Shown here: in pieces, positions 35,629 to 49,413 of the stretch
How positions within the stretch are numbered: position 1 is the first letter of the stretch
How the letters are laid out: every line of letters begins with the position of its first letter
DNA from: Trichodelitschia bisporula
Lineage: Eukaryota
Assembly (NCBI GenBank): GCA_010356995.1
Contig: ML996688.1
Location: 1,178,001-1,242,000, forward strand
Length of the DNA stretch: 64,000 nucleotides
Reading direction: 5' to 3'
The notes under the pieces: generated by a model
Told to the model about the DNA's origin: nothing
The model's input: only the letters and a program-made list of their open reading frames with translations
The model's database searches: none
Translations under genes and position numbers: made by a program

Positions 35629-36893
35629 ATGCTCACCATCCAAGCCCTCCTCACCCTCGTCCCCTTCGTCCTCGCGGCCCCGCTCATCCAGCCCCGCGCC
35701 GCAGAAACCATTCCCGGGAAATACATCGTCGTCCTGAAGCCCAACGGCCCGAGCGCGGGCGAGATCTTCGCTGACCTGGCGGGCGGCGCGCTGGCCTCCG
35801 TGCGCCGCGAGCGCACCTACGACCTCGGCGGGTTCAAGGGCTTTGCGGCCAGCCTGAGCGATGCGCAGGTCGAGGCTTTGAAGGGTGACTCCAAGGTGCG
35901 CTGCCCACCCCCTGGCTCTTGACATCCCCCGTGCTAATAGCGACAGGTGGCCTACATCGAAGCCGACGGTATCGCCCATACCCAAGCCGCCATCACCCAG
36001 TCCGACGCACCCTGGGGCCTGGGCCGCATCAGCCACCGCTCCAAGGGCGTGAGCGACTACGCGTACGACACGAGCGCGGGCGAGGGCACGTGCGCCTACA
36101 TCGTGGACACCGGGATCTATGCCGAGCATCCCGAATTCGAAGGGCGGGCGACGTTCGTCAAAGACGTGGCGGGCAGCGCGACGACGGACGACAACGGACA
36201 CGGCACGCACGTGGCCGGCACGATTGGGAGCCGCAGCTATGGTGTCGCTAAGAAGACGAAGTTGTATGGGATTAAGGTGCTGGATAGCTCGGGGAGCGGG
36301 GCGTGGAGTGATATTGTCACCGGGATTCAGCTGGCGGTTAGCCATAGCAAGACGCAGAGTTGTCCGAAGGGGGTGGTTGTGAATATGAGCCTTGGGGGCG
36401 GGAAGCAGCAGAGTGTTAACGATGCGGTGGCGGCGGCGGTCGATGCAGGCCTTTTCTTTGCCGTGGCGGCGGGGAATGATGGTCAGGACTTCAGCTCGAC
36501 GAGCCCGGCTTCGGAGCCCAAGGCGTTTGCCGTCGGCGCGAGCGATGTCAACGACAAGCTGGCCAGCTTCAGCAACTACGGGCGCACCCTCGGTGTCATC
36601 GCCCCCGGTGTTAATGTTCTGTCGACTTGGAACGACGGCGGTAACGTGAGTATCCCGATCGAGCGGGTTCCTGGACGGCTTGTTAACGGGCGCAGAACAC
36701 CATCTCCGGCACCTCGATGGCCACGCCGCACGTCGCCGGCCTCGGCGCCTACCTGCTCGGCCTGTCGGGCCCGCTGACCCCCGCGCAGCTCAAGAGCAAG
36801 ATCCAGAGCAGCGCCACCTCGGGCGCCATCAGCATTACCTACCCCGCGTCGCTGGGCACGCCGAACAAGCTGGCCTACAACGGCATTTCCTAG
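35629..36893 (+). CDS. Secreted subtilisin-like serine protease (S8A, proteinase K type) with I9 propeptide, 3 exons
   Basis: Signal peptide; IPGKYIVVLK; APWGLGRISH; catalytic DTG, HGTHVAGT and SGTSMATPHVAG. TATA-like TATATAA at about 35533. Confidence 0.93.
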
Positions 36894-37067
36894 GTTCGAA
36901 GTCCTAAAGGAGAGAAAGTGCGTCTGCCATAGGTACATAATGTTGCGAGAGGGGGTCATTTTCATCGCATAGGGTAGCTGTTTTTGGGTACGGTTTGAGA
37001 TTTGGATTTTCGGATGTTGCGTAGAATGGGTAGTATTTTTTATACATACAAGTCTCGATTGGTATCT

Positions 37068-37194
37068 CTAATTCTTGCCTCGTCCCCTTCGTCGCCGCTT
37101 TTCGCCCTGAGGGTGGGGTTGCATTATCTCGAATCGCATCTGCACGCCTCCGCCTGGGGGTCCCGGGGGTGGCTGGTGGATGTGTTGCTGTACC

Positions 37195-37226
<32 letters not shown>

Positions 37227-40200
37227 TTGTGGCTGATGCGGTTGATGCTGCGGCTGATGCTGCCCTTGCTGCTGTGCCTGGTGTTGTTGCTGTTGCTGTG
37301 ACTGATGTCCAAAAGCCGGCAAGAGCTGCGGACCGCCTACCTGGGGTGGCGCCGGTGCCAGCGGTGGAAGATGATGTGAAGGGGACTGCATATGCGGTGG
37401 CATCTGCATCTGCATCCCTCCATGCATACCATGCTGCATCTGGTGGGGGTGGGGCATGAGCGGATGCATATGCGGAAATGGTTGACCCGGTTGGCCCTGG
37501 GGATACGGGCTCTGCGGATGCTGATTTTGGGAATGTGGGCCGTGTGGATGTTGTTGGCCTTGCGGATGTTGGCCCTGGGGATGCGGGCTTTGGGGGTGCT
37601 GGCTTTGGGGGTGCTGGCCTTGGGGATATTGGCTTTGGGGATGCTGGCCTTGGTGATGTGGGCTCTGAGGCGGTTGGCCCTGTTGATGGTGGTGATAGGG
37701 TCCAGGAGCATGGTGGATGAACGTATGCTGCTGCTGCTGTTGTATCTCCTTTTGCTGCTGCATGCCAAACTCCATAGGCCGTCCGGCGGACTGGAGCTGC
37801 GCCAGGGGGTGGTGATCCTGCACCTGTCCACCTGGCATATGCCCCGACGGCGCGAGAGGCGCAAGCGCGCGGCCGGGCGGGGGAGCGGGCGGGGGAGGGG
37901 CGGAGGGAGGTCGGAAGGAGGACACGCCTGGGTAGCGGGAGGCGAGGGGGGGGAAGGAGCCGGACTTGGAGTGGGTGTGCGAGGGGTGGACGTGGTGTTG
38001 GGGATGAGGAGGCGGGTGGTGGGTTGTGGGACTGGCTGCTGGGAGGATGGTTGTGAAGTTGGCCTGGGGGGGAGGGGGTTGGGACTGAGAGGCTGGATCT
38101 GGCGGTTGGTAGTTCAGGATACGTTTGAGTGGCGAGCTGCGCTTGCGGGACTGGAGAGCGATGGGCGCTTGTTGAGGGGTGCGGGCGGGGCCCGAGGCGG
38201 GGTGCGGACCACCATTGGCAGGTTGTATGGGCGGAAGAGGGGCGAGGGCCGGGCCGGAGATGACGAAGGGGTGAGAACCGGGAGTAGCCGTATGAGGGGA
38301 GGGTTGGTTGGCATCATTGGGATTCCAGAATTGCGGGCGGGGCATCGGGTTGGCAGCAGCCTGCTGCTGCTCCGCGATGCGGTTAGCTTCCTGCTGGGCG
38401 AGGAGCTTCTTGCGCTCCTCATTTTGCTTCGCCTTGCGCGCAGCCCACCACTCCGTCATGCTTTGCGAGCGCTTTTCCGACTTGACCCGTTTACTCTTCT
38501 TGTCTGCATCTGCTGTCTCAGCGGCACCGGCGGCACCGTTGGCTTCAGAAGCAGGAGCCTGTGGCTTAGGCGGAGGCAGATTCGAGTGGATAAAGCGAGG
38601 CAATTGATTCGGCTGCGACTGGGGCTCGCTCCGCGCACCCAACGGGCCCGTTGACTTGGTGCACAGTGAGGTCGGTTGCGAAGACGGGTTGTACATGAGC
38701 GCGGCATCGAGGCTGGCTGTGTTACTGGGCGCAGGGCTTGGAACACTTGGAGGGACACTGGCTGTCGTGCTGGCGACGGCGCTGGAATTTGCACCGTCTG
38801 GAGGAGGCGGTGGCTTCTTCCGCGGTCCCTTCTTGATGCCAGCATCGGATCGAGGCTGTAGGTTCTTGCTTCCGGGCGGCCGTCCTCTTCGCTTCGGTTG
38901 ATCTGCCGGCTTCTCGCCTTCACTTCCGGTACTGGCAGCGGTGCTTTCTTCGCGAAGCTGTTTAATTTTGTGGTGCATTATCGCCTTCTCTGCAGCCGAA
39001 GGCCGGCCCCGCTTCTTCTGCGGCGGAGCTTCGGTATCCGGTGTGTTGACTTCCAAAGTCCGTTTCCTCCCCCGACCGCTTTTGGTTTCGGATCTGCCGT
39101 CATATCTCAGAACGGCCTTGCGCGTCCTCTTCCGACCCGTCTCAGTACCAGCTTCTTCTTCCGTCGCTTCACCCAAAGCATCACGCGCGCGACGCTGCCG
39201 CAATTCTCGACCACCAACGGTGTCAGAACGGCCGCGCCTTTGCCGGAAAGGGTCCTGGTGCCCGGGGGGCTTCTTGGCATCAAAGACATAGCCATAGAGG
39301 TCTGCTTCCTTCATATCTTCGTAAACTTGCGGGTCAATGGGCACACGACCCCCAGTAGCAGCCTTCTTCGGCGGATTGGCATGCGGGGCAGTCCGCGCGT
39401 CCAGAATCAGGTACTCGTCTTGCCAGGCTCTGAGCGCTTCCTGAGCGTTCACCGCGATGCGGTACAAGATGTGCGTGCTACGTGCCGACGGTGGTAGTTT
39501 CGTCAGCGCCCGCACAAAATCCTGCGGATCCGGCAGCGGCGCAAAACGCGTCTTGACGATGAAGTCGGCGGCATCGTCACATTCGCCTTCGGCTGGTGTC
39601 GGCGGACGATCGAGGAATGGGGGTGGAAACTCAGAGTCGGACAAATCACCCTCGTCGATGATCTCGCGGGGGCCCCTAACCTCTTCGTTCTGCGGCGTCT
39701 GAATCTCATCGGTGTGGCCGTCGCCATCTGAGTCCGACTCCGACTCCGACTCAGAGTCGTCCTCACTACGCCGAGCACGTGACTGGGGTCCTGAGCGGCT
39801 CTGGCCACGGGGACTGGGCTTTGCGGGCGATGCTGTAGGTGTGCTAGTCGCAGAATTGAAAGAGTTTCCTAGAGAGGAGCGGGGAATCAACTTCTTGACG
39901 ATGCCGCGCTGCGGTGGCGGCTGGTAAAATCCGCGCCTGGGTGGTTCGACGAGGACTTCCTCGACCACTTCGACCAGGTCCTCACCGCCGGGACCCTTCA
40001 ACCGTGGACCATGTGGCTTTTGGTCGTCATCGACGGAAAGTTGCCTGGACGTCTTCGAAGACTCGGTGTTAACGTTGTCGCTTGCATTTTCGCTCTGCTG
40101 GTCCCCGTCCCGGATCAGGACCCAATGCTCGGCACCCAGCCCGGAAATCACCAGCATGGGTGATTCCCACGTTGCGCGCACGACCTCCTCTTCGTCGCCA

Positions 40201-40406
40201 TTTGCAATAAACTGCGAGGGATTGCGAGTTGAGGTCTGCGCTGCCCGGGTTAGCTTTCGCGCCGAAGTGGGTTGCGGCGATTTTGCGACGCGGCCACCAG
40301 CGGTTGAGGCGGCGGGATTGGTGGCAGCAGCGCGCGCAGGCGTTGTGGTGGAGCTGTTGCTGCTGCTCGGGGTACCGCTACCGCCGCCGCGCCGGCGGGT
40401 GCGCAT
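37068..40406 (-). CDS. Large low-complexity protein with AT-hook-like motifs and a Q/H/P-rich tail; function unknown
   Basis: 1112-aa ORF with KKRGRP and KRRGRPPGSKN motifs, QHPQS/QHPQG pentapeptide repeats and poly-Q. A short 5' intron is possible. Confidence 0.7.
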
Positions 40407-41367
40407 CGCTGATAGAAGGGAGAGAAAAATTTCAGAGATGGTCTATGGCGACGGCCAGTAGATCATCAAATGGTGACAGCGATGGAAATTTGCATCAAGG
40501 AAAACAGGAAGAGAAGGGAAAAGATGTAGATGGGGGGGGGGGGACAAGGGTGTGTGGGACGAGACTAAGGTCAGACGTTGCGGGCGTTGAGCGGTTTTAA
40601 AGCACTGAGGACAAGATGGTCAAAGTACAGTAGCAAAGCTATGCTCGGCAACGGAGACAAGACGAGACAGCCTCTCAAGAGAGAGAGAGAGAGGCGAGAG
40701 AGAGGCCGTGACTAGCCTTTTTTTTGACTTGACAGGTGACGGGTGGAGGGAAGAACAGAAGAAGAACTGGAGGTGAATTCAATGGAGGCTTTGGGGTATC
40801 AGACTTTTCTGCCTCAAAACGCAAGAAACCAAATGCTGAGAAGGACGAAGGGAGGGAGGGGGGAGGAAGATGGGAAGGAAAGGAGCAGGTTGCTTGTGAG
40901 ATGGTTTTGTCGTGAAAGATGCTCAGAAGCTCGGTGGTGGCTGTTCTGCTTTGACCTGCTTTCAACTCTTTCCACCCATCCCTTCCACTAACACTTCTTT
41001 CCCCCAATCAAAATACGGATGTACATCGTTAATTGCGCGCCACACTTCTTCAGACTGCGCCCCATATCTCAGGGCCACCCCAAAAGCCTCATGGCCGTCC
41101 CTGGCCGCAAAAACCCTTGGACGGGGCGGCCATGACTTTTTTAGGTGGCTCTCGATCTTCGCGCTTGCCGCCTCACCGTTGCCTCGGAGCCTTGTTGCCA
41201 TTCACTACCTTACATTCCAGGCACTCGAGAGGCACTCACAAGGCGCCAAGGCATCCATTATCAGCAACCGCCGCCCGCCTCCTTGGCCCCACCTCACCTG
41301 TTGACCGATGGTTCGCATAAGCTATCGTCCCAACCCCCTCCAGGCAACAACCCAAGCAAACAAAATC

Positions 41368-43042
41368 ATGGCGCAGAAAAAGGCCCTCACAGACGAGGAG
41401 CTCCTCGCCCAACTGGAAATCGGCACCGGCGGCGCTCCTTCCAAATCGTCCATCAACAAAGCAGCCCGTGCACCCGCCGGCAAGTCCGCCAGCGGCCACA
41501 ACAACGACGACCCCCTCGCCGACCTCGCCAGTCTCGAAAGCCTGGCTAAATCAAAACCTGTTAGCCGCCCCAACACACCGAAACTGACTGCTGGCCGTAC
41601 GTCGCGCGAGATGGCGACTCCGACTAGCAGTGCTCGCACTAGCGAGGACAAACAGCGTCCTGCTCCGCGTAAGTCCGGTGAGAGTGCGCGCTCGTTTCAC
41701 CAAGCCTTGACGCCGGCGAGCGAGGACGAGGATGAGAGTTCCGAGGAGGAGGACGATGACGACGAGGAGGAGGAAGAGGAAGAGGAGCAGCCTGCGGTCA
41801 AGGAGAAACCTCCGCCCAAAGAGCAGCCAAAGCCTCAATCCGCGCCGGAGCCTCAGCCCGCGCAGCAGCAGAGCGGCGGATGGTGGGGTGGAATTTTCGC
41901 TACGGCCACAGCCACAGCCAGCGCGGCAGTCAAGCAAGCCGAAGCAGCAGTCAAGGAAATCCAGAAGAACGAAGAGGCTCTCAAATGGGCAGAACAAGTC
42001 CGCGGCAACGTCGGCGCCCTGCGCGGTCTCGGTACCCCCCCCCCCCCATCTCGTATCCTACAAACATGACGAAAACCAGAACTAACCCCCAATCATAGGC
42101 GACGAACTGCGCTCCCGCGCAATCCCCACCTTCACCAACATCCTTCATACCATCGCCCCCCCCATCTCCCAGCACGAACGCCTCCAAATCCACACCACCC
42201 ACGACTTCGCCGGCTACCCCTCCCTCGACCGCACCGTCTACACCACCTTCTCCCGCGTCATGGCCCAAGTCGAAGGCGGCGACCTGCTCGTCCTCCAGCG
42301 CGGCTCCGAATCCACCGCCCGCCGCAACTCCACCGGAGCCGCCCCGGCCTCCACCAGCGCCTGGTCCGACGGGCCCTGGTGGCGCGACGCCCGCTCCCGC
42401 CGCAATCTCAGCATCGTCGATGGCCTGAACGAGGGCACCAAGCTTGCGCGCGCGGCGGCCGAATCCCACGCCGCGGAGCTCTACGCAGCGCACGGCGGTC
42501 TCGAGGCTGCTACCCGCGCCGCCGGCCAGCTTGCCAGCGAGACCAATCCCGTGCGCAGCAGCGACATCTTCCTCGCGCTGCAGGCGGTCGGGTACATCGT
42601 GCGGGACGACGAGCTCTTCGCCGGGAGCGCCGCCGACGCAACGCCGACTGAGGGCGGCGTCCAGGCTGAGGCAGCACACGACGCGCTCGTCGCCTTCGCC
42701 ATCTATCTGCACGACCCGGTGCACGGAATCAACTTCGGGGCCGTGACGCAGGGAGTTCCGCGGCGGTGGTGCGAGTGGATGGACGCCGGTGGCTCGGATG
42801 GCGAGGAACTCGGCATCGGCGAGGTCCCGGCGGAGATACGCGAGATAGTGGGCAGCGGCGGCGTCGATCCGCGCGAGTGGGTTGCCGAGTGGCTCGAGGA
42901 TGTGATCAGTCTGGGAGTCGGGATTGTGGCGCAGCGGTACGTGGCGCGGCGGATGGGTGTTGGAGAGGGGGGCATTGGGCGCGGCAAGGGGAGGGCGGAG
43001 GTGCTGGAGGCGGGGGCGGGGGAGATGGCGCGCGCGATCTAG
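41368..43042 (+). CDS. MTC1: Maintenance of telomere capping protein 1 (Mtc1-like), 2 exons
   Basis: TDEELLAQL; GGWWGGIF...ASAAVKQAE; FTNILHTIAPPISQHERLQIHTTHD; FSRVMAQVEGGDLL; EWVAEWLED.ISL.VGIVAQRYVARRMG. Confidence 0.8.
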
Positions 43043-43595
43043 GCGCGGTTACAGTATGAAATGGCGTTTAGGGGTGAGTGTCAGTCCGGTTAGTCTACGT
43101 TGAAGCGCAAGCGAGAATTATGAAGCCGTGAAAGTGTCTTGATTGTGGTATCTCCCGTTTGCCTAACGCCCTACGCCGTCGTACGCCGAACGCCTACACT
43201 AAGTGCTCCGTGTTCTGCTTTAGGTCCCCGTGTACTCAGTAGTGCGCGTGGGCCACCGCCTTAGGTAACCCTCTGGAGTGTAGCTGGCTGGATACTGACA
43301 TCTGTTCGGATTCCGACATGGGCCCGGGCGATACACACACCAGTTCGGACGCTGACATGGGAATGCCTCTGCCACTGCATCCGTCGTCGTCTTCTTCTCC
43401 ACCGTCTCCTCCGTCGTCTTCTTCTCCGCCGTCTTCTTCTTCTTCTTCTTCTTCGGCTTTTCTCCCCCCTTTGGCTTCTCTCCCTCCGTCTTCTTCTCTC
43501 CCTCCTGCTCCCTCTTCCGCTTCTTCACCTTCTTCTCCGTCTTTTCCTCCCCCTCTCCCTCCTTCTTCTCCTCACCCTATATACCGTCAGCGGAG

Positions 43596-44028
43596 TCAGA
43601 GAGAGACGTCCTTCTTCTTCTTCACCCCATCCTTCTTCGGCTTCTTCTGCTTCTCCTTCGCCGCTCCCTCCTTCGCAGCCTCTTCCTTCTTCGACTTCTT
43701 CCCACCCTCAAGTATCTCAAGATGTCCCGCCCGCTCCGCCAAAGCGCGCTCCGTCAAGCCCGTAAGACCAGAAGAATGCTTCTGCACATCATCAGCATTA
43801 CCCACCACCCACAATCGGCCACAACATACCTGAACAAGCTTCTTCTTCTTGATAAGCAGCGGCTTCTTAGGCTTGATGATGCGCGAGCCGCGGCGCTTGA
43901 GCGGCGCAAGGGCCCTAGTTTAAAGCGTTAGCGGCGCGGTCGGAGGGGTCGGGGGGTCGAGGGGGGTCGAGGAGTAATACGTACTTTGGCTTTTGCCCAG
44001 TGGTCTTTTTTAGCATGCCTTGCGGCAT
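43596..44028 (-). CDS. Small basic protein, UPF0390/Leydig-cell-tumor-10kDa-like; 3' end uncertain
   Basis: MPQGMLKK, intron, [20 protein letters not shown], intron, [28 protein letters not shown]. Confidence 0.7.
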
Positions 44029-45784
44029 TGTGGCGGTTTTTAGGGCGTTGCGTGGTTTTGGGTGAGGAATTGGAGAGGTTGTGTGGATGTGGATGTGGAG
44101 TGGTGAGAATGTGGGGACGGGCTGCGCGCGGTAGTAGGAAAGTTTTTGGAGGTGTGGGCTTGGCAGAGGCTGGATTCTAGACGCGCTGTGGACTACGAGA
44201 CGCGTGGGAGACGCGCTCTGGACGCCTAGACGCGTTGTGGGCACCGCACGCCGTGCGTCGCGCGCCTACGGTAGATCGAGGGCGGATCGCGGAGGCAAAA
44301 AAAGGTGAATTCCCCGACCACGCTTTGGCACTTTGGGGGAGAGAATCAAGAAGGCGCAGAGTAAGAAGATGAGATGAGAGAACAGCCGGACTCTTTTTTT
44401 CATTTCGCACATCTAGGCAGCTCACTTCTTGCAGATTTACATCGGCCTTGTCATCCACACGCCCGTCCATGGCCCGCTATCCTTGTCAACCCGGAAATAC
44501 ATCCGTATGCTGTCTCGTAACACGACGACCCTGTTGATGTCCGATGGCGACGGTACGCCAATTGGCGCTAGAAATACTCTGCTGCTCGAGCGCATCGCGA
44601 GCTACCCAGAGTAAAACAACCAATCCGAAGACGCGCTCTTGCCAAGCACTAGGTTGTACCATGCTAAAAGTGCACCAGAACGCCAGCCTTGCGCATCTCG
44701 TCTACCCAGAAAGTATGCGACAGCGCAAAAAAATCGAAGATGGCGTAGAAACTGTGAAACTCAGTTGTTAGCCAGTATTTCTCAAGTGGCAATACGGAGA
44801 GCGTCTAAAATACACACTTCAGCTTCGCAAACCACCGTCGGTACTACTTCTCAATATGGGCTCGGTGCGAATTGAACAGAGAGGGGTGCGCTCGGGAAGA
44901 TTTTGTGCCAGAAAGGTTGGAGATCCAGCGTATCGTACGTTCATAAGAGTGCTGCGAGTTCTGGCAGCTTCTATGCTGGAACTGCATCGTTGGTTTGATT
45001 CGGGATCGACGGCTTTGACGAAAGAAGCTTTTTTGGTGACCATCGGGTGGCCATCTCCTCTGGCCGACGGCGGCGATGGACATGAATGTATACAACCCAT
45101 CGTTTGAATCAGGTTGGTTATGGTTCTCGAGGTGGGGGGCGGCGGACACACTATATATGACCGGAAGGGTGCTAAATATCCTTTTCTTGCCAGACAGAGC
45201 ACCTTGATTGGCTGTGATACTAGGGAAAAAAGTTACGCGAGCCAATCGATATCTTGGGCGACAATTGCCATGATATCACCCTCTCCAGATTTCCCCGCCA
45301 AACTTCTCCATGTCTCCTATCAAGCGATCAACCTTCTGTCCAACCAGCCCATAAAGACCTCTCCAAGTTCGGCTTGAGATTTTAGCATTTTTCATCGCAT
45401 TTCCTCCAGGGGCCAAGGAAGTGTACGAGTATTCTGCAAGGTACGACTTCATCGTCTTTTGCCCGGTCATGTAGCGTGTCTGTGCGCTTACACTGTGGAG
45501 GCCTTGAGCTCTTCGCGTTTAGGCAGGAAGCGGCGACGGCCATTCCAGCCGCATTTTTACCCGAGTGAGATCGATTTCCTGCACCCTTCTGTCCAAGTTC
45601 TGCTTGAGATGTTAGAATTGGGTCCGTATGGCGGTCAGGGCGTGCACCGTGGTTGTAGCGTACACAGAGGTGACAGCTGCGGCAATCGTGGGCTTATCAA
45701 CCAACCCTCCAAACATCTTCTATTGGGAGGCAAGAACAAGGTTTAAACTACCCCTCATATTCCCGGCAGGCCGTAACTGGGCTG

Positions 45785-46644
45785 NNNNNNNNNNNNNNNN
45801 NNNNNNNNNNNNNNNNNNNNNNNNNNNNNNNNNNNNNNNNNNNNNNNNNNNNNNNNNNNNNNNNNNNNNNNNNNNNNNNNNNNNNNNNNNNNNNNNNNNN
45901 NNNNNNNNNNNNNNNNNNNNNNNNNNNNNNNNNNNNNNNNNNNNNNNNNNNNNNNNNNNNNNNNNNNNNNNNNNNNNNNNNNNNNNNNNNNNNNNNNNNN
46001 NNNNNNNNNNNNNNNNNNNNNNNNNNNNNNNNNNNNNNNNNNNNNNNNNNNNNNNNNNNNNNNNNNNNNNNNNNNNNNNNNNNNNNNNNNNNNNNNNNNN
46101 NNNNNNNNNNNNNNNNNNNNNNNNNNNNNNNNNNNNNNNNNNNNNNNNNNNNNNNNNNNNNNNNNNNNNNNNNNNNNNNNNNNNNNNNNNNNNNNNNNNN
46201 NNNNNNNNNNNNNNNNNNNNNNNNNNNNNNNNNNNNNNNNNNNNNNNNNNNNNNNNNNNNNNNNNNNNNNNNNNNNNNNNNNNNNNNNNNNNNNNNNNNN
46301 NNNNNNNNNNNNNNNNNNNNNNNNNNNNNNNNNNNNNNNNNNNNNNNNNNNNNNNNNNNNNNNNNNNNNNNNNNNNNNNNNNNNNNNNNNNNNNNNNNNN
46401 NNNNNNNNNNNNNNNNNNNNNNNNNNNNNNNNNNNNNNNNNNNNNNNNNNNNNNNNNNNNNNNNNNNNNNNNNNNNNNNNNNNNNNNNNNNNNNNNNNNN
46501 NNNNNNNNNNNNNNNNNNNNNNNNNNNNNNNNNNNNNNNNNNNNNNNNNNNNNNNNNNNNNNNNNNNNNNNNNNNNNNNNNNNNNNNNNNNNNNNNNNNN
46601 NNNNNNNNNNNNNNNNNNNNNNNNNNNNNNNNNNNNNNNNNNNN
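45785..46644. other. Assembly gap (860 N)
   Basis: Run of N. Confidence 1.
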
Positions 46645-47323
46645 CCCCTTCTCAACCCACCACACCCCCGAGTCCAGCGATGCCGAATCCGCCGCTCCGA
46701 GCACAACAGCAGGCGGACTAAGCACCACCGCCGCCACCCTCGCCGCCGCGCGCGCCGCGCATGCGCTCCCGCGCGCCCGTCCCGCGGTGCCGACGTACGA
46801 GTACTACGGCTTCGCGCTGTACGTCGCGTCCAGCTTCGCGTTCGGGATGTACGTGCTGTGGGCCTTCCTCCCCTCGCCTTTTCTGCACCGCCTCGGGCTG
46901 CATTACTATCCGAATCGGTGGTGGGCGCTGGCAGTGCCGGCGTGGCTGGTTGTGTTGGTGGTGTACATCTACGTTGCGCTTGCGAGTTATAATACGGGGT
47001 ATATGACGCTGCCGATGGGGAGCATTGAGGGGGTGGTGGATGAGGCGGCGCAGATTGCGGGGGTGGAGGGTGGGGTGGTGCGGAGGGAGAAGAGGAAGGG
47101 ACGGGAGCGGAAGGAGGTGGGGAGTCAGCGGATATGGCCGGTTTGGAGGGAGGAGGAGGTGGATTGGGTAGGGTTGTGGAATGAGGGGACGGATGCGGTG
47201 CTTGATGTTCCCATCGGTGGCGTATGTCAGATCTTATATGGCGCGGGAAGGCAGCATAGAGAAGGGGAGTTCGAGTACGGGCCAATACTCACACGACAAG
47301 ATCGGTCAGTAGATGCATCATAG
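46645..47323 (+). CDS. GPI19: GPI-GlcNAc transferase subunit PIG-P (Gpi19); 5' end lost in the gap
   Basis: PTYEYYGFALY...YVLWAFLP...LGLHYYPNRWWALAVP...TDAVLDVPIGGVCQILYG. The frame is open back to the gap. Confidence 0.88.
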
Positions 47324-47502
47324 ACGGCTGCTGGATCTAGTGCAAGATCATGGTGGTTACCTTGCTGCTTATATATCCCACTGCGATGAATTGTTACATG
47401 TTGAACGAAGGATTCTACCCGCCCCATACTCCGTGGTTCCAATCCAAGACCGGAAAACGCCGAGTCTAAAGCACATCTAGGATATAGGAGGAAATAAGTA
47501 CA

Positions 47503-49413
47503 CTACTCTTCGTCTTCCTCAGCGCTCCCAACACGACTGGCCAGGTACGCCGCCCCAATCGCACACAACCCGCCAAACCGCAGACACCACGCCACACTTT
47601 CATCCCCGGGCACACCACGCGGTTTCTGTAGCACCTTGAATATGACACTACTAATCAGCGTGGCAATCACCTGCGGCGCCGAGATGGCCACATTGTGAAT
47701 GCCGAGCACCACGCCCGCCTGGTCCGCGGCATCATCTTCTCCAGCTGCCAGGAGCGCCCCGTCGCGCGTGGGTGGGGCACGCAAACGCCCGCGGCGGATG
47801 GCATCGCGCCGACTGATTTCGGCAGAGATAAGCGCAAAGGGGACCCACTGCGTTACAGCCCAGGGGATGCCGATGAGCGCGACCAGGAAGCTTGCTGAGC
47901 CTACGCCGCGGACGACGAAGGTAAGCCACATACAGACGGTGAAGAGGAGGTGGGAGATAAGCCAGGTGCGGCGTATGGTGAGGGAGGGGATGCGGAGGCG
48001 ACTGAGGACGGCGCGCATGGTCGTGTTAAAGCGCTCGAGAGTAGGTGCTTGACGCGAAGGGTGGATAGAGTTGTTCCAGTGAGAAGAGGCGGAGGCGGTG
48101 GGCGTAAGGGGTGTGGTGGGAATAGGTGTCGGAACGGGCGTCTCGTAGGTTGGGGTGATGATAAAAGGAAGGAACACGCTAGCGAGGAAGGTGGTTATGG
48201 CGAAGGCGAACAATGCTCTCGAGCCACGTCGTGTGCCTTGCTCCCACAGCCTGTTCACCTCCTCTTCGGACATGTTGGGATTCTCTTCGAAGAAGGGCTC
48301 GACGTAGATCTCAGCGATGTAAGTAGTAGTGTAAAAGAGGAAAGGGAACCAGCCGAGCCACGCCATAAACTGCACCTGACATACTTTGACGATCTGCGGA
48401 GGCAGGCGACGAACAGCGTGAAGGAGATCCTTCCAGAACGAAAGGATGCCCTGCATTGCAATCGGTTCACCCTCCGTCGTCGGATCGCGTTCCTGGATGG
48501 TCGCACAGCTGATGGTCACCGTCGCGGCCATGAAGATGGATGCGATCGCGCAGAGACCCTTAAACTGCGTTTGGCCCAGAAATGGGAACAGTTTGGGCAG
48601 ATTGATCGTGCCACACAGCATACCGATAATATTTCCGACGCCGTTCATCCGGGAAACCCAAGCATTCGCAGTTTCTTGTTGGTGGGGTGGAGCGCAGTCG
48701 ACAATGAACGCTCGGAGTGCGGCTTGAACTACACAAAAACTCAGGACTAGCTTCCAACTGCTGGACGAGGACTACTCACAGACGTTGATAGCAAAGTCCA
48801 AGATGTATATGGCTAATGTCGCAAATGCCATAACCGTAATAGCGACGCCTCTCGACTCGCGATCCACACCGAATATACCGAGGAACCCGCCCACAATCTC
48901 CCTAGTCCATGCCAGAATCATCAACGCCAACACTGTGCCGATGGTGCCGCCGACGATATAGGGACGACGCTTCCCCCAGCGGATCCGAGACCTGTCGCTT
49001 TTGATACCAACCACCGGTTGAACCAGCACGCCGGTTAGAGGGCCGGCGATCCAAACGAGCGCAAGGAGCGCTTTGTTGAGTCCGAGCGAAATGAGATATG
49101 GTGAACCATTCGACATCTCCACCGCCCAGCCCATCTGCAGACCAATACCGCCCAACGTGAGCAAGAACATAAACCAGCTACTCTTGCTTTCCAGGTGCCT
49201 GTTTGCTTGCCAGTCATCGTCAGACAGCTGTGACGGGACTTTCGACGGCGAGCGAACGTCGGCTGAGCTGCGCGGACTGAGCAGAGGAGATTGCTCGTTT
49301 GCATCGCCATCGTTCGATCTTCGAATCATCGTAGGACGGTGGCCTTTAGGCGTCATGTTTGGACTTCTCGCGCCGTCTCCGGGCGGAGTAGAGGGACCAG
49401 CTTTGTCGGCCAT
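47503..49413 (-). CDS. General alpha-glucoside/sucrose permease (SUT1-like), 2 exons
   Basis: GLQMGWAVEMSNGSPYL, WIAGPLTGVLVQPVVGIKSD...WGKRRPYI, QFMAWLGWFPFLFYTTTY, AGVVLGIHNVAISAPQV. Confidence 0.88.

Noticed and set aside
37124..38654. Leu-rich plus-strand ORFs resembling membrane proteins
   Set aside because: Antisense shadow of the Q/H/P-rich tail of the minus-strand gene.
44800..45784. Possible degraded gene or transposon next to the gap
   Set aside because: Short stop-interrupted frames with no recognisable domain.
45628..47285. Long ORFs of 329-521 aa
   Set aside because: Artefacts of translating through 860 N.
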